A stretch of 40,471 nt of DNA from a virus (lineage: Duplodnaviria; Heunggongvirae; Uroviricota; Caudoviricetes), in IMG/VR virus record IMGVR_UViG_2565956717_000010, positions 1 to 40,471 of that record, one strand, 5' to 3'. The translations under genes were made by a program, and so were the position numbers. Each line of letters begins with the position of its first letter. Position 1 is the first letter of the stretch. The notes under the pieces are model-generated. The model searched no databases and had not been told where the DNA came from. It worked only from the letters and a program-made list of their open reading frames with translations. Below, one piece after another: positions 8,244 through 17,478 of this stretch.

Positions 8244-9109
8244 TGTTGTTAGCTCTTCTAATTATCCCCATTCTGGTTAGTGGTTATATTATGATAACCG
8301 CTAACCAGTATCATTATTTCCGTTTATACCGACATGAAGGCCAGCTTCTTTATATGAAAGTAGCTGCATTAGGTACATATTGCCTTGTTGCATCAGTAAT
8401 AATTGCAGCCGCTATAAAATATAAATGGCCTGATTTTCACCTAGTTCACGATATGGTGGAAACTTTTAATGTAACATCAAAACCAGAAACAGATAGAATT
8501 TACATGTGGCTGCTTCTTCTCTCAGCCACATCCATTTGCTTCTCTTTGTGTTATGTGTCTGTTGTGTGGGTGAAAGATTTTCTTCTTGGTTGTTTTTATA
8601 AACGTGATATTTACGAGCAAAAAACAGAGGCAATGAAGGCCAGAGTACTGCGAAAAACTTACTCGCAAGGTTCTTTAGACTTACTATTGCTTGATGCTAT
8701 TGAATCGGATCCTAAACGACCAATGTTGATTACTTTATCATCAAACAAAGTGTATGTTGGAATAATAAATGGTTCTGGTGAACCAACGGAAAATCAGGGT
8801 CCGCATCAGCACATATCTTTTGTTCCTTTAATGTCAGGATACAGGAACAAAGAAAACTTATCTGTCACATTCACTAATGCTTATCCAGGAGAAATACAGG
8901 TCAAGCGGACTGCAGCAATAAGAGGAATTAGCAGAAAGAAAGTGCTAGGACTTGAGATCATGGTGTCTATTGACGAAATAAGTTATATATCATGGTTTGA
9001 TTTTGAAGTATATAAAGCAACAAATAACAAAGTAGAATCCAGGGGGCACGTTATTCGTGTTACCAAAAATGGAAGAAATATATATCAAAGAAATAGCAAA
9101 AAAGAATAG
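8243..9109 (+). CDS. Hypothetical membrane protein (three N-terminal TM helices plus ~170-aa soluble domain), AT-rich cargo
   Basis: 288 aa; AAGGA RBS; three hydrophobic segments in first ~110 aa; markedly AT-rich codon usage compared with flanking structural genes; terminator directly after stop. Confidence 0.6.
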   Translation: MLLALLIIPILVSGYIMITANQYHYFRLYRHEGQLLYMKVAALGTYCLVASVIIAAAIKYKWPDFHLVHDMVETFNVTSKPETDRIYMWLLLLSATSICFSLCYVSVVWVKDFLLGCFYKRDIYEQKTEAMKARVLRKTYSQGSLDLLLLDAIESDPKRPMLITLSSNKVYVGIINGSGEPTENQGPHQHISFVPLMSGYRNKENLSVTFTNAYPGEIQVKRTAAIRGISRKKVLGLEIMVSIDEISYISWFDFEVYKATNNKVESRGHVIRVTKNGRNIYQRNSKKE

Positions 9110-9129
9110 CCCGCGCTGCGGGCTTTTTT
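9108..9129 (+). terminator. Intrinsic terminator after cargo membrane-protein gene
   Basis: Stem GCCCG/CGGGC with 5-nt loop followed by T6, starting at the stop codon. Confidence 0.55.
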
Positions 9130-9201
9130 GTGGACGAAACAAAAGTCAGTGCTACACTCATTGACGCCACATTGAGGTGGCTTATAGATGGAAATTTCAC
9201 A

Positions 9202-9363
9202 ATGAAAAAAGCATTTGCTGCACTGTTCGTTTTGTTGTCTCTGGTAGCTTCAACTCAGGCCTTTGCCGGTCGTTGTCAGCACGACAGCGATACTGCTGCT
9301 GACGGCTCCCGCTGCGGTGGGCGTTCTGCGGATTCCCGTCCGGGCGGCGGTGGCATTCGTTAA
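9202..9363 (+). CDS. Small secreted Cys/Gly-rich protein
   Basis: 53 aa from ATG 9202: signal-peptide-like MKKAFAALFVLLSLVASTQAFA followed by a short Cys-, Gly-, Asp- and Arg-rich segment. The longer ORF from 9130 is less plausible. Confidence 0.4.
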   Translation: MKKAFAALFVLLSLVASTQAFAGRCQHDSDTAADGSRCGGRSADSRPGGGGIR

Positions 9364-9386
9364 AAACAAGGCCGCGAAAGCGGCCT
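9362..9386 (-). terminator. Intrinsic terminator for minus-strand gene 9400-9858
   Basis: In minus-strand sense: stem GGCCGC/GCGGCC with 4-nt loop followed by TTGTTTTT; adjacent perfect palindrome GTGACATGTCAC (9387-9398). Confidence 0.45.
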
Positions 9387-9399
9387 GTGACATGTCACG

Positions 9400-9858
9400 C
9401 TACTTGCGAAATCTTTCTTTACCCTTCCAGCCAGTAGATGTTAGTTCAGGATGAATGGTTCCCAATATAAAGCCAACCATAGCGGAGCGAGGATCTTCTA
9501 TTTTATCCGTTAATTCTTCGGCATAACTCACAGGCAACCAAGCAACAAGATCACCAATCCTCAGCTTTGGTCCTTTGCTGTAAGATGAATCGGCAATAAC
9601 AAAAAATCCACCATCAGCTGAGCACACCTTCAGCATTGCCCTTTGTCTTCCAGAATCTAGCAAAACTGGCTGTTCCCCACTGGGACCAGGTATGATGATG
9701 GCTGGCATTGGTTTATTGGCTGAAAGGCTTGTGTCAAGATACTTACACGCATACTCAAAAGCTGAAAAGTTATCCTTAAAGATAAGAGGTTGAATTTTAT
9801 TGCTAACCTCCTTACCACCGATTAATCTGTTGATCATCTTCTTGAACATAAAGGTCAC
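9400..9858 (-). CDS. Hypothetical protein (cargo)
   Basis: 152-aa ORF with own terminator; no recognisable motif; start lies only 3 bp from a divergent gene, so start or reality is uncertain. Confidence 0.4.
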   Translation of the reverse strand: MTFMFKKMINRLIGGKEVSNKIQPLIFKDNFSAFEYACKYLDTSLSANKPMPAIIIPGPSGEQPVLLDSGRQRAMLKVCSADGGFFVIADSSYSKGPKLRIGDLVAWLPVSYAEELTDKIEDPRSAMVGFILGTIHPELTSTGWKGKERFRK

Positions 9859-9861
9859 CTA

Positions 9862-10302
9862 ATGATTAAGCCGATGCACGCTATTACAGCTACCGTTTTG
9901 TTTATCCTACCAATTTTTTCGTTTGCAAACGACATATGTTTTAAGAATTTAATAAATGAGGATATGTGTGCACATGCAAACAAAATCGCATCAGAAGCAG
10001 GAAAGTCACTTCCCATAAAATTGAATGATAATATGTCTATTGTTTCAATAAATGCAATACTAAACAAACTTTTAGTTGTAGCGCATCTTAATTACAACAA
10101 CAGCTATTTATCAAAAGTTTATAATGGTGATATAACCTTAGAAAATAAATTAAAGAGTGTGATGCGAAATTATTCAAAATCGAGCATTTGCTCCAACAGG
10201 CAAATGAAAGCATTTATTCACCTTGGCGGAGAGATTGAGTATAGGTATGTATTTAGTGATGGCAATATATTTGATACATACGCCATCACTAATTGTGAAT
10301 AG
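9862..10302 (+). CDS. Hypothetical secreted protein, strongly AT-rich (cargo)
   Basis: 146 aa; N-terminal signal peptide (ATVLFILPIFSFA); several Cys; AT-rich like 8243-9109. Confidence 0.45.
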   Translation: MIKPMHAITATVLFILPIFSFANDICFKNLINEDMCAHANKIASEAGKSLPIKLNDNMSIVSINAILNKLLVVAHLNYNNSYLSKVYNGDITLENKLKSVMRNYSKSSICSNRQMKAFIHLGGEIEYRYVFSDGNIFDTYAITNCE

Positions 10303-13300
10303 CTATTTCATCTGCTCTTCAACTTTATTTAGTAACGGTGATATCGCCCACAGGTTCTGAAAAGGTAGCATTTTACGGACCGCGTGGGTTTGCTGGCTGT
10401 CAAATTCTCCGTTAAGTACACCATTCGCAACCGTCGCGGCATCACCGCCAAGATCAAAGGTAGGACCAAGTAAAGCACCAATAGCATTACGACTCTGAAA
10501 CCTTGATACCGGAGGCGCACCAAACATCGCGCCAAGACCAAACCTACCGCCGCTTATGTTCTCAACGGTATTCAGCGGCTCAGAGAGCCAGCCAAGCATT
10601 CCGCCCCGGTCGATCCCCTCTTTCACAAGGTTATTCCAGCTGTAGTCGATATCGCGACCGCTTAACTTCTGTTTCATCATATATACCATTGAGCCAAGCG
10701 CAATCGTGCCAAGCGCACCAAGATAGAATGCAGCATCGCCCTGCTGGATACCAGATACCAGCACCCTGTTATGCTGTGCGAAGATAAACGTTTTGAACTG
10801 CGTGATCATCTTCCAGCCTTCTTTACTAAAAAACAGCGGTGTATCACCTACGCCAGGCGTTACAATCACTGAGTCTACATCTTTCAGCACTGCAGACTGG
10901 AAAATCTCTCTAGCGAAACGGTCATCCCACAGATGACTATGCCCGGTTAACAGCCCGTCCATATCCTCTCCGTGCTTCCCGAATTGCTCCCCGATTCGGC
11001 GCAGAACATCTTCATTGATGCCGACCTGTGCCATCTTCCGCATTTCACTTTTGGAGAGCGTGCCACCAGCAGAAACTTGGCGAGCCGCGTCAAGTATCCT
11101 CGACTGCACTATCATCCCGGACCATGATTTAAGTGCGCTGTTCCACTGATTCATCAGCGTCCAGTTACCGAATTTCTGCGTCATCCAGTTCAGACCTCGC
11201 TCAGCGGCGCTTCTCCGGCTATAGGGGTCAGTAAGATCCGCTATAGCCTTTGTACGCGTAGACAGGACATAATCAAGCCCAACGGCCATTTCTCGCAAAT
11301 CCCTAGTTGCAATTTTCACTGAGTCCATATTTTTAAGCATGCTTACCATTGGTCCGAGAGATTTTCTCAGGCCATGCTGCATCATCGGTCGCATCAGATC
11401 AGTTGCAGCGGAGACAGTCATTCCACCAAGCAAACGGAGGAAGTTAATATTCCTAGCAACTCGCCCGGCACGAACAAAGAAACTGCGTGGATCTTGAGGT
11501 GCGCCGTAAGTACCAAGCAGTCGATCACGCATAGCCGTAATATCCCTAATATCAGCCTCCCGTTGCTTCTCAAGAACTGCACGTCGTTTAGGTGTTTTAG
11601 CCTCTTTTATTAGCCGGGTATATTCCTCACTAACCTGACGGATTTGCTCCCCCATATCTTTACGGCCAAACTGCGCAGTCAGCTCAATTTCTGGTGCCAC
11701 CTGCCGGAGATAACTTTCCATGATGTAGTTAACATCTGATTCAAGAAAATCTTCTATACGCTCATCAGGAATAAGCAGCGTTCTGCTTTTAGTGAAACCA
11801 GCCCGACCAACGAGTCTCTCTGGGATAATATCGGCTGGTACAAGCCCGGAAGGTGCGCCTATTATTTTATTCACGATCTCGTCAGCAGCGTCCTCTGCTT
11901 CCTCTCGGGATAGAGGCTCCATCTGCTTCAGTGCTCGTTCGCGGCTTGCATTCAGCCTTGTGGTTGAATTTGCCCGTTTTTGCAGTCGGCGAAGCTCAGA
12001 ACGATATTTCCGTGGATTATCCAGCAACTCCATATGGCGCTGATAGACAGGAAGCTCACTCTTTGCCTGCGCTATATCATCAAGGCGTGTTTTAAGGTCA
12101 GAGCTTTCTTTCATCATTCTTGCCTGAAGTTTTTCTGATGAAGTCTCGGCCAACTCTTTTTCTATTCTTGTAAGACGCGCCTGTGTGTCAGTCTCCTGAG
12201 ATATAAGCTTATTTCGTTTATCCAGTTCTTCCATGAGTAGAATTTTTTTACCAGACCATTTCTCCGCTTCAGCGATTTCACTAGCGAGAGCATCAGCGCG
12301 CGGTGCCGATTCCTCTGCAGTTTTTAGCAATGAATTTATCCTTTCAATTCGCTGACCTGCTTTGTCAGCACCTTTGGCACTAATCCCTTGTATCCAGTTG
12401 GCAATTCGCCCTCTGAATTCAGTGCGGTCGGAAAGTATCTTATCGAACTTATAAATGCGGGGAAGATAACTTTTCGCCGTCACGACATCGATATCCTCAG
12501 GAAGGATCCCCAGTTCCTGCATACGGGCTTTTGTGGTCTCGAAAATGGGGCGGATTCTGGCGGCTGCTTGTGAAACCTCAGGAATATCACTCTGATCACC
12601 ACGGCGCATAGCCATGCCAACAGCTTCATTGAAATCAATAAAGTTCATCCTCTTCACGCCGCGGGCGCTAACAGATTTGCTGTACTGCTGGTAAGCATCA
12701 CGAGTGGCTTCCATCTGCTTATAAAGCATGGCGTCGTATTGCTTAATCTTAGTCTCGACTGCCGTAAACGTAGCCAACCCCTCATCATTTTTGGCGAAGA
12801 AATAGTTATTTTCGGCAAGCTGCTGGTTAATCTGACGGGAGACAAGAGATGGTGATTGAGCCAAGCGGCCAGCAGGAGTGACACTCAACGTTTTGTTAGC
12901 AAGTCCAAGTCCAGCGAGCTGTTCCTGATCGAGTGTGGTATTGAAAACCTGAGCTGCACCAATGCTTTGAGGAGAATCCATACCTCGCAAATGATTACCT
13001 ACTGAGTTAACCACTGCCTCGCGCGCGCTAGGTCCAGCAAGTAGCTGTGCACCAGCACCAAGGATCCCACCAACGAGAGCATCAACAACAACGTTCGATA
13101 CGCTCTCCATCGGTGAGCGAGCTTCCTGAGTGGCCTGTAATGCGGCTTCTGATACTCCCCCACCAGCAGCATTCGCCAGGGCAAAACGCCCTGCCGTCTC
13201 AGCAATACTTCCTCCACGCGCTACCGCCCCTACAGGGATAAACATTGCAGCCACATTAACCGGGTCTATCATTCCCATTGCTAAGCTTGAAATAGTACCA

Positions 13301-13692
13301 GCACCACCCATTTCAGATAGATATTCTCTATCTGTTCTTTGCTTATCGATTCGATGTTTAATTGCCATTGTTTCTTCATGCGAACCGGAGTTGATAAACG
13401 AATCTGCAAAATCTTCATAGCCTTTAATATCTGCTGCATCGTTATCAAATGGGTTATATCCTTCAACCCTGTCAAACTGACTGAAAGGAGCACTGGCAAT
13501 AAAGCTACCCAGCGTGTTATCTATACGAAATGCTGCTTGTCTAGACCTTTGAACGCGTTGATCACTGGTAAATGGGTTCACAGCAGAAAGCAAAGAAGGT
13601 GTTTCCATATAGAAATTACTGTCATCAGGTGCTGCTATTTGCTGAATATCCTCGCCAAGCAACTCTTTAGGATCCTGTTCATATATCGGCAT
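10303..13692 (-). CDS. Large internal virion / DNA-ejection protein (T7 gp16-like position)
   Basis: 1129 aa; long coiled-coil middle; last and largest of a translationally coupled internal-protein series upstream of the tail fibre, as in T7 gene order. Confidence 0.6.
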   Translation of the reverse strand: MPIYEQDPKELLGEDIQQIAAPDDSNFYMETPSLLSAVNPFTSDQRVQRSRQAAFRIDNTLGSFIASAPFSQFDRVEGYNPFDNDAADIKGYEDFADSFINSGSHEETMAIKHRIDKQRTDREYLSEMGGAGTISSLAMGMIDPVNVAAMFIPVGAVARGGSIAETAGRFALANAAGGGVSEAALQATQEARSPMESVSNVVVDALVGGILGAGAQLLAGPSAREAVVNSVGNHLRGMDSPQSIGAAQVFNTTLDQEQLAGLGLANKTLSVTPAGRLAQSPSLVSRQINQQLAENNYFFAKNDEGLATFTAVETKIKQYDAMLYKQMEATRDAYQQYSKSVSARGVKRMNFIDFNEAVGMAMRRGDQSDIPEVSQAAARIRPIFETTKARMQELGILPEDIDVVTAKSYLPRIYKFDKILSDRTEFRGRIANWIQGISAKGADKAGQRIERINSLLKTAEESAPRADALASEIAEAEKWSGKKILLMEELDKRNKLISQETDTQARLTRIEKELAETSSEKLQARMMKESSDLKTRLDDIAQAKSELPVYQRHMELLDNPRKYRSELRRLQKRANSTTRLNASRERALKQMEPLSREEAEDAADEIVNKIIGAPSGLVPADIIPERLVGRAGFTKSRTLLIPDERIEDFLESDVNYIMESYLRQVAPEIELTAQFGRKDMGEQIRQVSEEYTRLIKEAKTPKRRAVLEKQREADIRDITAMRDRLLGTYGAPQDPRSFFVRAGRVARNINFLRLLGGMTVSAATDLMRPMMQHGLRKSLGPMVSMLKNMDSVKIATRDLREMAVGLDYVLSTRTKAIADLTDPYSRRSAAERGLNWMTQKFGNWTLMNQWNSALKSWSGMIVQSRILDAARQVSAGGTLSKSEMRKMAQVGINEDVLRRIGEQFGKHGEDMDGLLTGHSHLWDDRFAREIFQSAVLKDVDSVIVTPGVGDTPLFFSKEGWKMITQFKTFIFAQHNRVLVSGIQQGDAAFYLGALGTIALGSMVYMMKQKLSGRDIDYSWNNLVKEGIDRGGMLGWLSEPLNTVENISGGRFGLGAMFGAPPVSRFQSRNAIGALLGPTFDLGGDAATVANGVLNGEFDSQQTHAVRKMLPFQNLWAISPLLNKVEEQMK

Positions 13693-16439
13693 TATTTGCC
13701 CCCTGCGTATATATTGCTCGGAAGGTAATTGGCTGAACCATAACCGAATGGTTTGGTCAGATCTGGAGGAGTATATCCATCTTTATTGCTGAACTGCGGC
13801 AGCGGATTGCCTTCTCTCCGCACTCTAGCCTCATCAACACGTTGTTGCTGGAACTGAATGGTTTGCCTGTACATTGGAGATGTCAGCTGATCCGGCTTGA
13901 AACGAACAGGGAGACCATTTTCTCCAATATAATTTCTCGGTTCTATCGCTCCGTTTGCGTCAGGCTGTAAAACCATAACAGCATAACTCCTATCCCTTGC
14001 CGTAAGGCCATCAGAAACAAGTATTAAGTCCGTATCACTGCGAGGACCGCCAAAGGATTTTGATTTAAGCTCGCGTTTTTCCTGCTCCCACTGCCCCTGT
14101 ATCCAGTTACCAGCACCATTATTTACTCCGTACAATGCCTCAGGTGCATACTTCATAACCTCTGCTTTGCCATTAACCGTAGAAACTCCCCAGGTGGTTC
14201 TGATCATGGCATTGGTCATTTTCTCAGCCTGTTCTGCATCGCCACCTGTCTGTACAAAGTTAGCATCGTAAATTGTCTGGTAATCTCGCTGATAGGCCGC
14301 ATTTGATTTTCCTGGATCGGTAATATCCGGAGACCACGAACCAAAGGAAGTCAGACTGCTGGCGTTATTTTGTGCAGCAGTTGCCCTCGCCGCGACATAT
14401 TTTTTGTCTCGCATGGCAGTGGAAAGCATCTGTTTCATTCGGTCATCCTGTTGGAACACCTGGCTGTAAGCCATATCAACAGCCTTATCCTCCGGCACGC
14501 CAGCGCGGGAATAATCGTAAACCTTGCCGTAAAATGCCATCGTACTTTTATCAAGTGTTGCCGCTGCCGCCGGATTATTATCGAATAACTGACCGTAGAA
14601 TTTTGCCATCGGGACAACCAGCGCAGGATCTCTTGATGTTGCTCCACTGTTAAGCATTGTTTTAACCTGAGTTGGTATCATGCCGCTTTTAGTTGTGACG
14701 GTGACCAGTGTATTGATGCTCTGCGGATCAGATATGGAAAACGAAGGCGCGATATCCTGCGCGAAATAACGGTCTACCGCTGCCTGATTGTTTTTGTCGT
14801 TCGGGTCCAGCGGGAAGTTATTTTGCATTGAAGACACGAACCTGTTTCTTCCCTGCTGAATCTCCCACTCCCTATCCATCTCTTTAAATTTGGCCTGCAT
14901 TTTCTCCCAGCGTTGCTGGTTAGCTGCAAATCCAGGAGCGTTTGGATCCTGTGGACGTAAACGTTCAAGAATGTCTTGTCGTCCTTCTGGAGTGAGGTCT
15001 TTAGCGGCACCAATGACACCTCCATATTGTATCTGCGCCTGCATATCCTTCCACTTCATAGCGCCAATGCGCGGACCATTGGCCCGGATAAAATCGTCCT
15101 CAGAAGGTAACTTCTCAGGTTTCAATCCTTCATCAAGGGCTGAATATGCATCTTTAACTACGGTGCTAAGCTGGTCCGCATACTGCTGGCGGTACTGATT
15201 TCTCAGCTCATTAGCCTGCCTCAATGCCTGTATTTGCATTTGAGGGCTCATAGCATCAAATGCCGCATTGCCCGTATAACGCTTAGGTGAATCAAGGTTA
15301 GTTAGACCAAGGGCTGCCGAGATACCAGTTTCAAGCTGTTCGGTGCTATAAGGCATACTGCCATTTTCGTGTTTAATAATCCCAGCACATAAAGCAGCTA
15401 GTGTCTTTGGGTTAGAGATATCAAGCTGATCATTCTCCCCAACACCAAGCTCACCACACAATGCCCTAATATAAGCATCCGTATTATTACCATCACTAGC
15501 CGGAGCATAGCGATTAACAATCTCGCTAACGGTGTCATAGCCTTGACGCTGGTAAGACAACATATTTTTACCCAACGCGCGGATTCCATGCTCAGGGGTA
15601 GCAAACGTTGCAAAACGTCCATCGCTACCGATCTGACCTTCCCACGGGTTAGATTTGCTCGCTTCAATATTACCAGGGTTATTATTACGTAAACCACGAG
15701 CATCCAATGAATTACCATGTGATATTGCACGACTCACACCATCAAGATCCCCTGGCTCTCCATTAACCTGAAGAAACTCGTTGTATTTTTGAGCGATATT
15801 TCCTATCCATGCTTGCTGCCCCATTTGTTCCTTGAGCTGAGTTTTCTGCTGAACACGCCACTCATCAGGAAGCCCATGCGCATCAGCGTATTGATCAATA
15901 GATTCAAATCGCTGCTTGGCTAAATCGACAAATGCTTGGTTATCGCTATATAGCCCCGCAGACTGAGTGACAGCCAATGCATTTCCTGACAAATACGTTT
16001 GATCTTGGAATTGCTGAAACTGCCCAACTTCATATCGACGTGCCTGATTGTAATAAGACTGCATAGACTGCTGGAGTTGAAAGGATAATTTATTCCTTTC
16101 CTCACTTTCAGGAATTGAGCCTAATAATGCCTGAGCCCTTTCCTGCATATTTTTCATAACAGCGTCACTCTGACCAAGAGCGTTTTTACCCTGTTTAGAA
16201 ATCAGCCCACTTTCAGGGTTGTTAATCTGGTCATCTGCAAATTGGTTAAATTGCAGTAACGCCTCCTGGGCCATAGCAACATTCGCTTTCTGCCTGGCTT
16301 CACCATATGCCACCGCATACTGATCTGCGACATTCGCCAGCACCTGACCTGCTTGAGGAACATCGAAGATCTGAAAACCACCGGTTTGCACACCACGACT
16401 TTGCACCTGGCGTCCGGATGTAGTAGGAACAACAGGCAT
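13692..16439 (-). CDS. Internal virion protein (T7 gp15-like position)
   Basis: 915 aa; start overlaps upstream stop; position in T7-like order. A segment (RNNNPGNI...GRFATFATPEHGIRA) may be a cell-wall-acting domain but I cannot assign it. Confidence 0.55.
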   Translation of the reverse strand: MPVVPTTSGRQVQSRGVQTGGFQIFDVPQAGQVLANVADQYAVAYGEARQKANVAMAQEALLQFNQFADDQINNPESGLISKQGKNALGQSDAVMKNMQERAQALLGSIPESEERNKLSFQLQQSMQSYYNQARRYEVGQFQQFQDQTYLSGNALAVTQSAGLYSDNQAFVDLAKQRFESIDQYADAHGLPDEWRVQQKTQLKEQMGQQAWIGNIAQKYNEFLQVNGEPGDLDGVSRAISHGNSLDARGLRNNNPGNIEASKSNPWEGQIGSDGRFATFATPEHGIRALGKNMLSYQRQGYDTVSEIVNRYAPASDGNNTDAYIRALCGELGVGENDQLDISNPKTLAALCAGIIKHENGSMPYSTEQLETGISAALGLTNLDSPKRYTGNAAFDAMSPQMQIQALRQANELRNQYRQQYADQLSTVVKDAYSALDEGLKPEKLPSEDDFIRANGPRIGAMKWKDMQAQIQYGGVIGAAKDLTPEGRQDILERLRPQDPNAPGFAANQQRWEKMQAKFKEMDREWEIQQGRNRFVSSMQNNFPLDPNDKNNQAAVDRYFAQDIAPSFSISDPQSINTLVTVTTKSGMIPTQVKTMLNSGATSRDPALVVPMAKFYGQLFDNNPAAAATLDKSTMAFYGKVYDYSRAGVPEDKAVDMAYSQVFQQDDRMKQMLSTAMRDKKYVAARATAAQNNASSLTSFGSWSPDITDPGKSNAAYQRDYQTIYDANFVQTGGDAEQAEKMTNAMIRTTWGVSTVNGKAEVMKYAPEALYGVNNGAGNWIQGQWEQEKRELKSKSFGGPRSDTDLILVSDGLTARDRSYAVMVLQPDANGAIEPRNYIGENGLPVRFKPDQLTSPMYRQTIQFQQQRVDEARVRREGNPLPQFSNKDGYTPPDLTKPFGYGSANYLPSNIYAGGK

Positions 16440-17014
16440 CAGTAACCTCCTATTTTGAATCGGGAGTCAGAATTCATAAAACCTGAGTTAGATAACATTG
16501 GCGTCCCACCACTAGATGTACTTCCTTTAGAGAACGGACTCCACGTCCCACCAAACATCTGGTACGCACCGTATGCCTTCAGAGGCGCAGTGAGTAAAGT
16601 TGTTGCTGCTCCCACATTCCCCTGTTTACGGGCTGAACTGGCTTCTGCTTTATAGTTGGCAGCCTGAACCTGATAACCGTAAGCCTCGCGTTGCGCGTTA
16701 TTCACCGTCGTCAGAGAATCAAGAGCGCCAAACTGGGCAGTGTCGCCAAATATATCCAGCGCGTTACCTGTAGATAAATCAGCGCCGGTAGCCCCCATTG
16801 TCGCCGCCTGTGTACCAAGCCGCTGTCGGGTCTCTCTGCGCCGTTGCTCAGCTTCAGCGTTACCTCTGTTTATTGCATCATTTGCCTGAGCTGTGGCTAT
16901 ATCTGCGTTCGCTTCTGCAACCTTCGAGGCATACTTTCCCTGTTGGTACTGGGTGTATGCCTGAATGCCACTCATGGCGAGCATTGCGCCACCAGCAATA
17001 ACCGGATCGCACAT
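16439..17014 (-). CDS. Internal virion protein (T7 gp14-like position)
   Basis: 191 aa, Ala/Gly/Gln-rich; translationally coupled (TAATG-type overlap) with neighbours. Confidence 0.45.
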   Translation of the reverse strand: MCDPVIAGGAMLAMSGIQAYTQYQQGKYASKVAEANADIATAQANDAINRGNAEAEQRRRETRQRLGTQAATMGATGADLSTGNALDIFGDTAQFGALDSLTTVNNAQREAYGYQVQAANYKAEASSARKQGNVGAATTLLTAPLKAYGAYQMFGGTWSPFSKGSTSSGGTPMLSNSGFMNSDSRFKIGGY

Positions 17015-17478
17015 TATTTTCTCTCCATGTGAAATCTGTGGAAATTAAGACCAAGAGCACCATAAGGCGCGGCTTCTTCAAGCCTGAATCCAAGCCAGTG
17101 CAGCCATGCTTTGGCAACATGGTTTCGCTCGTCGACATAGTTTTCCAGGCGCGGATAAACTGCCAGCATCTGCTGCAATACAGGGCGGCAGTGGCGAAGA
17201 AATGTCTTCTGATATTTTTCGATACGGCTGGTTCCGACCAGCCAGGGCGTACCATTGCCACCGATCATTGACGCCGGAGATACGCCAAACATGGTTACCA
17301 GTTCTCCGTTCGCAAATCCTGACCAGGCCATAGTCGCAGTACGCAGACCAACACGCAGCGCATCTTCGGTAGTCATCAGTGATACCGCATACAGTTCGTC
17401 AATATCAGCCTGACGAACATCCGGCAAAATCATCTGAAGATGCTCTTCGGTTGCGGGAATAACTTGAACATCGATCAT
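17014..17478 (-). CDS. Hypothetical virion protein (T7 gp13-like position)
   Basis: 154 aa; overlapping start/stop with neighbours (ATGA). Confidence 0.4.
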   Translation of the reverse strand: MIDVQVIPATEEHLQMILPDVRQADIDELYAVSLMTTEDALRVGLRTATMAWSGFANGELVTMFGVSPASMIGGNGTPWLVGTSRIEKYQKTFLRHCRPVLQQMLAVYPRLENYVDERNHVAKAWLHWLGFRLEEAAPYGALGLNFHRFHMERK

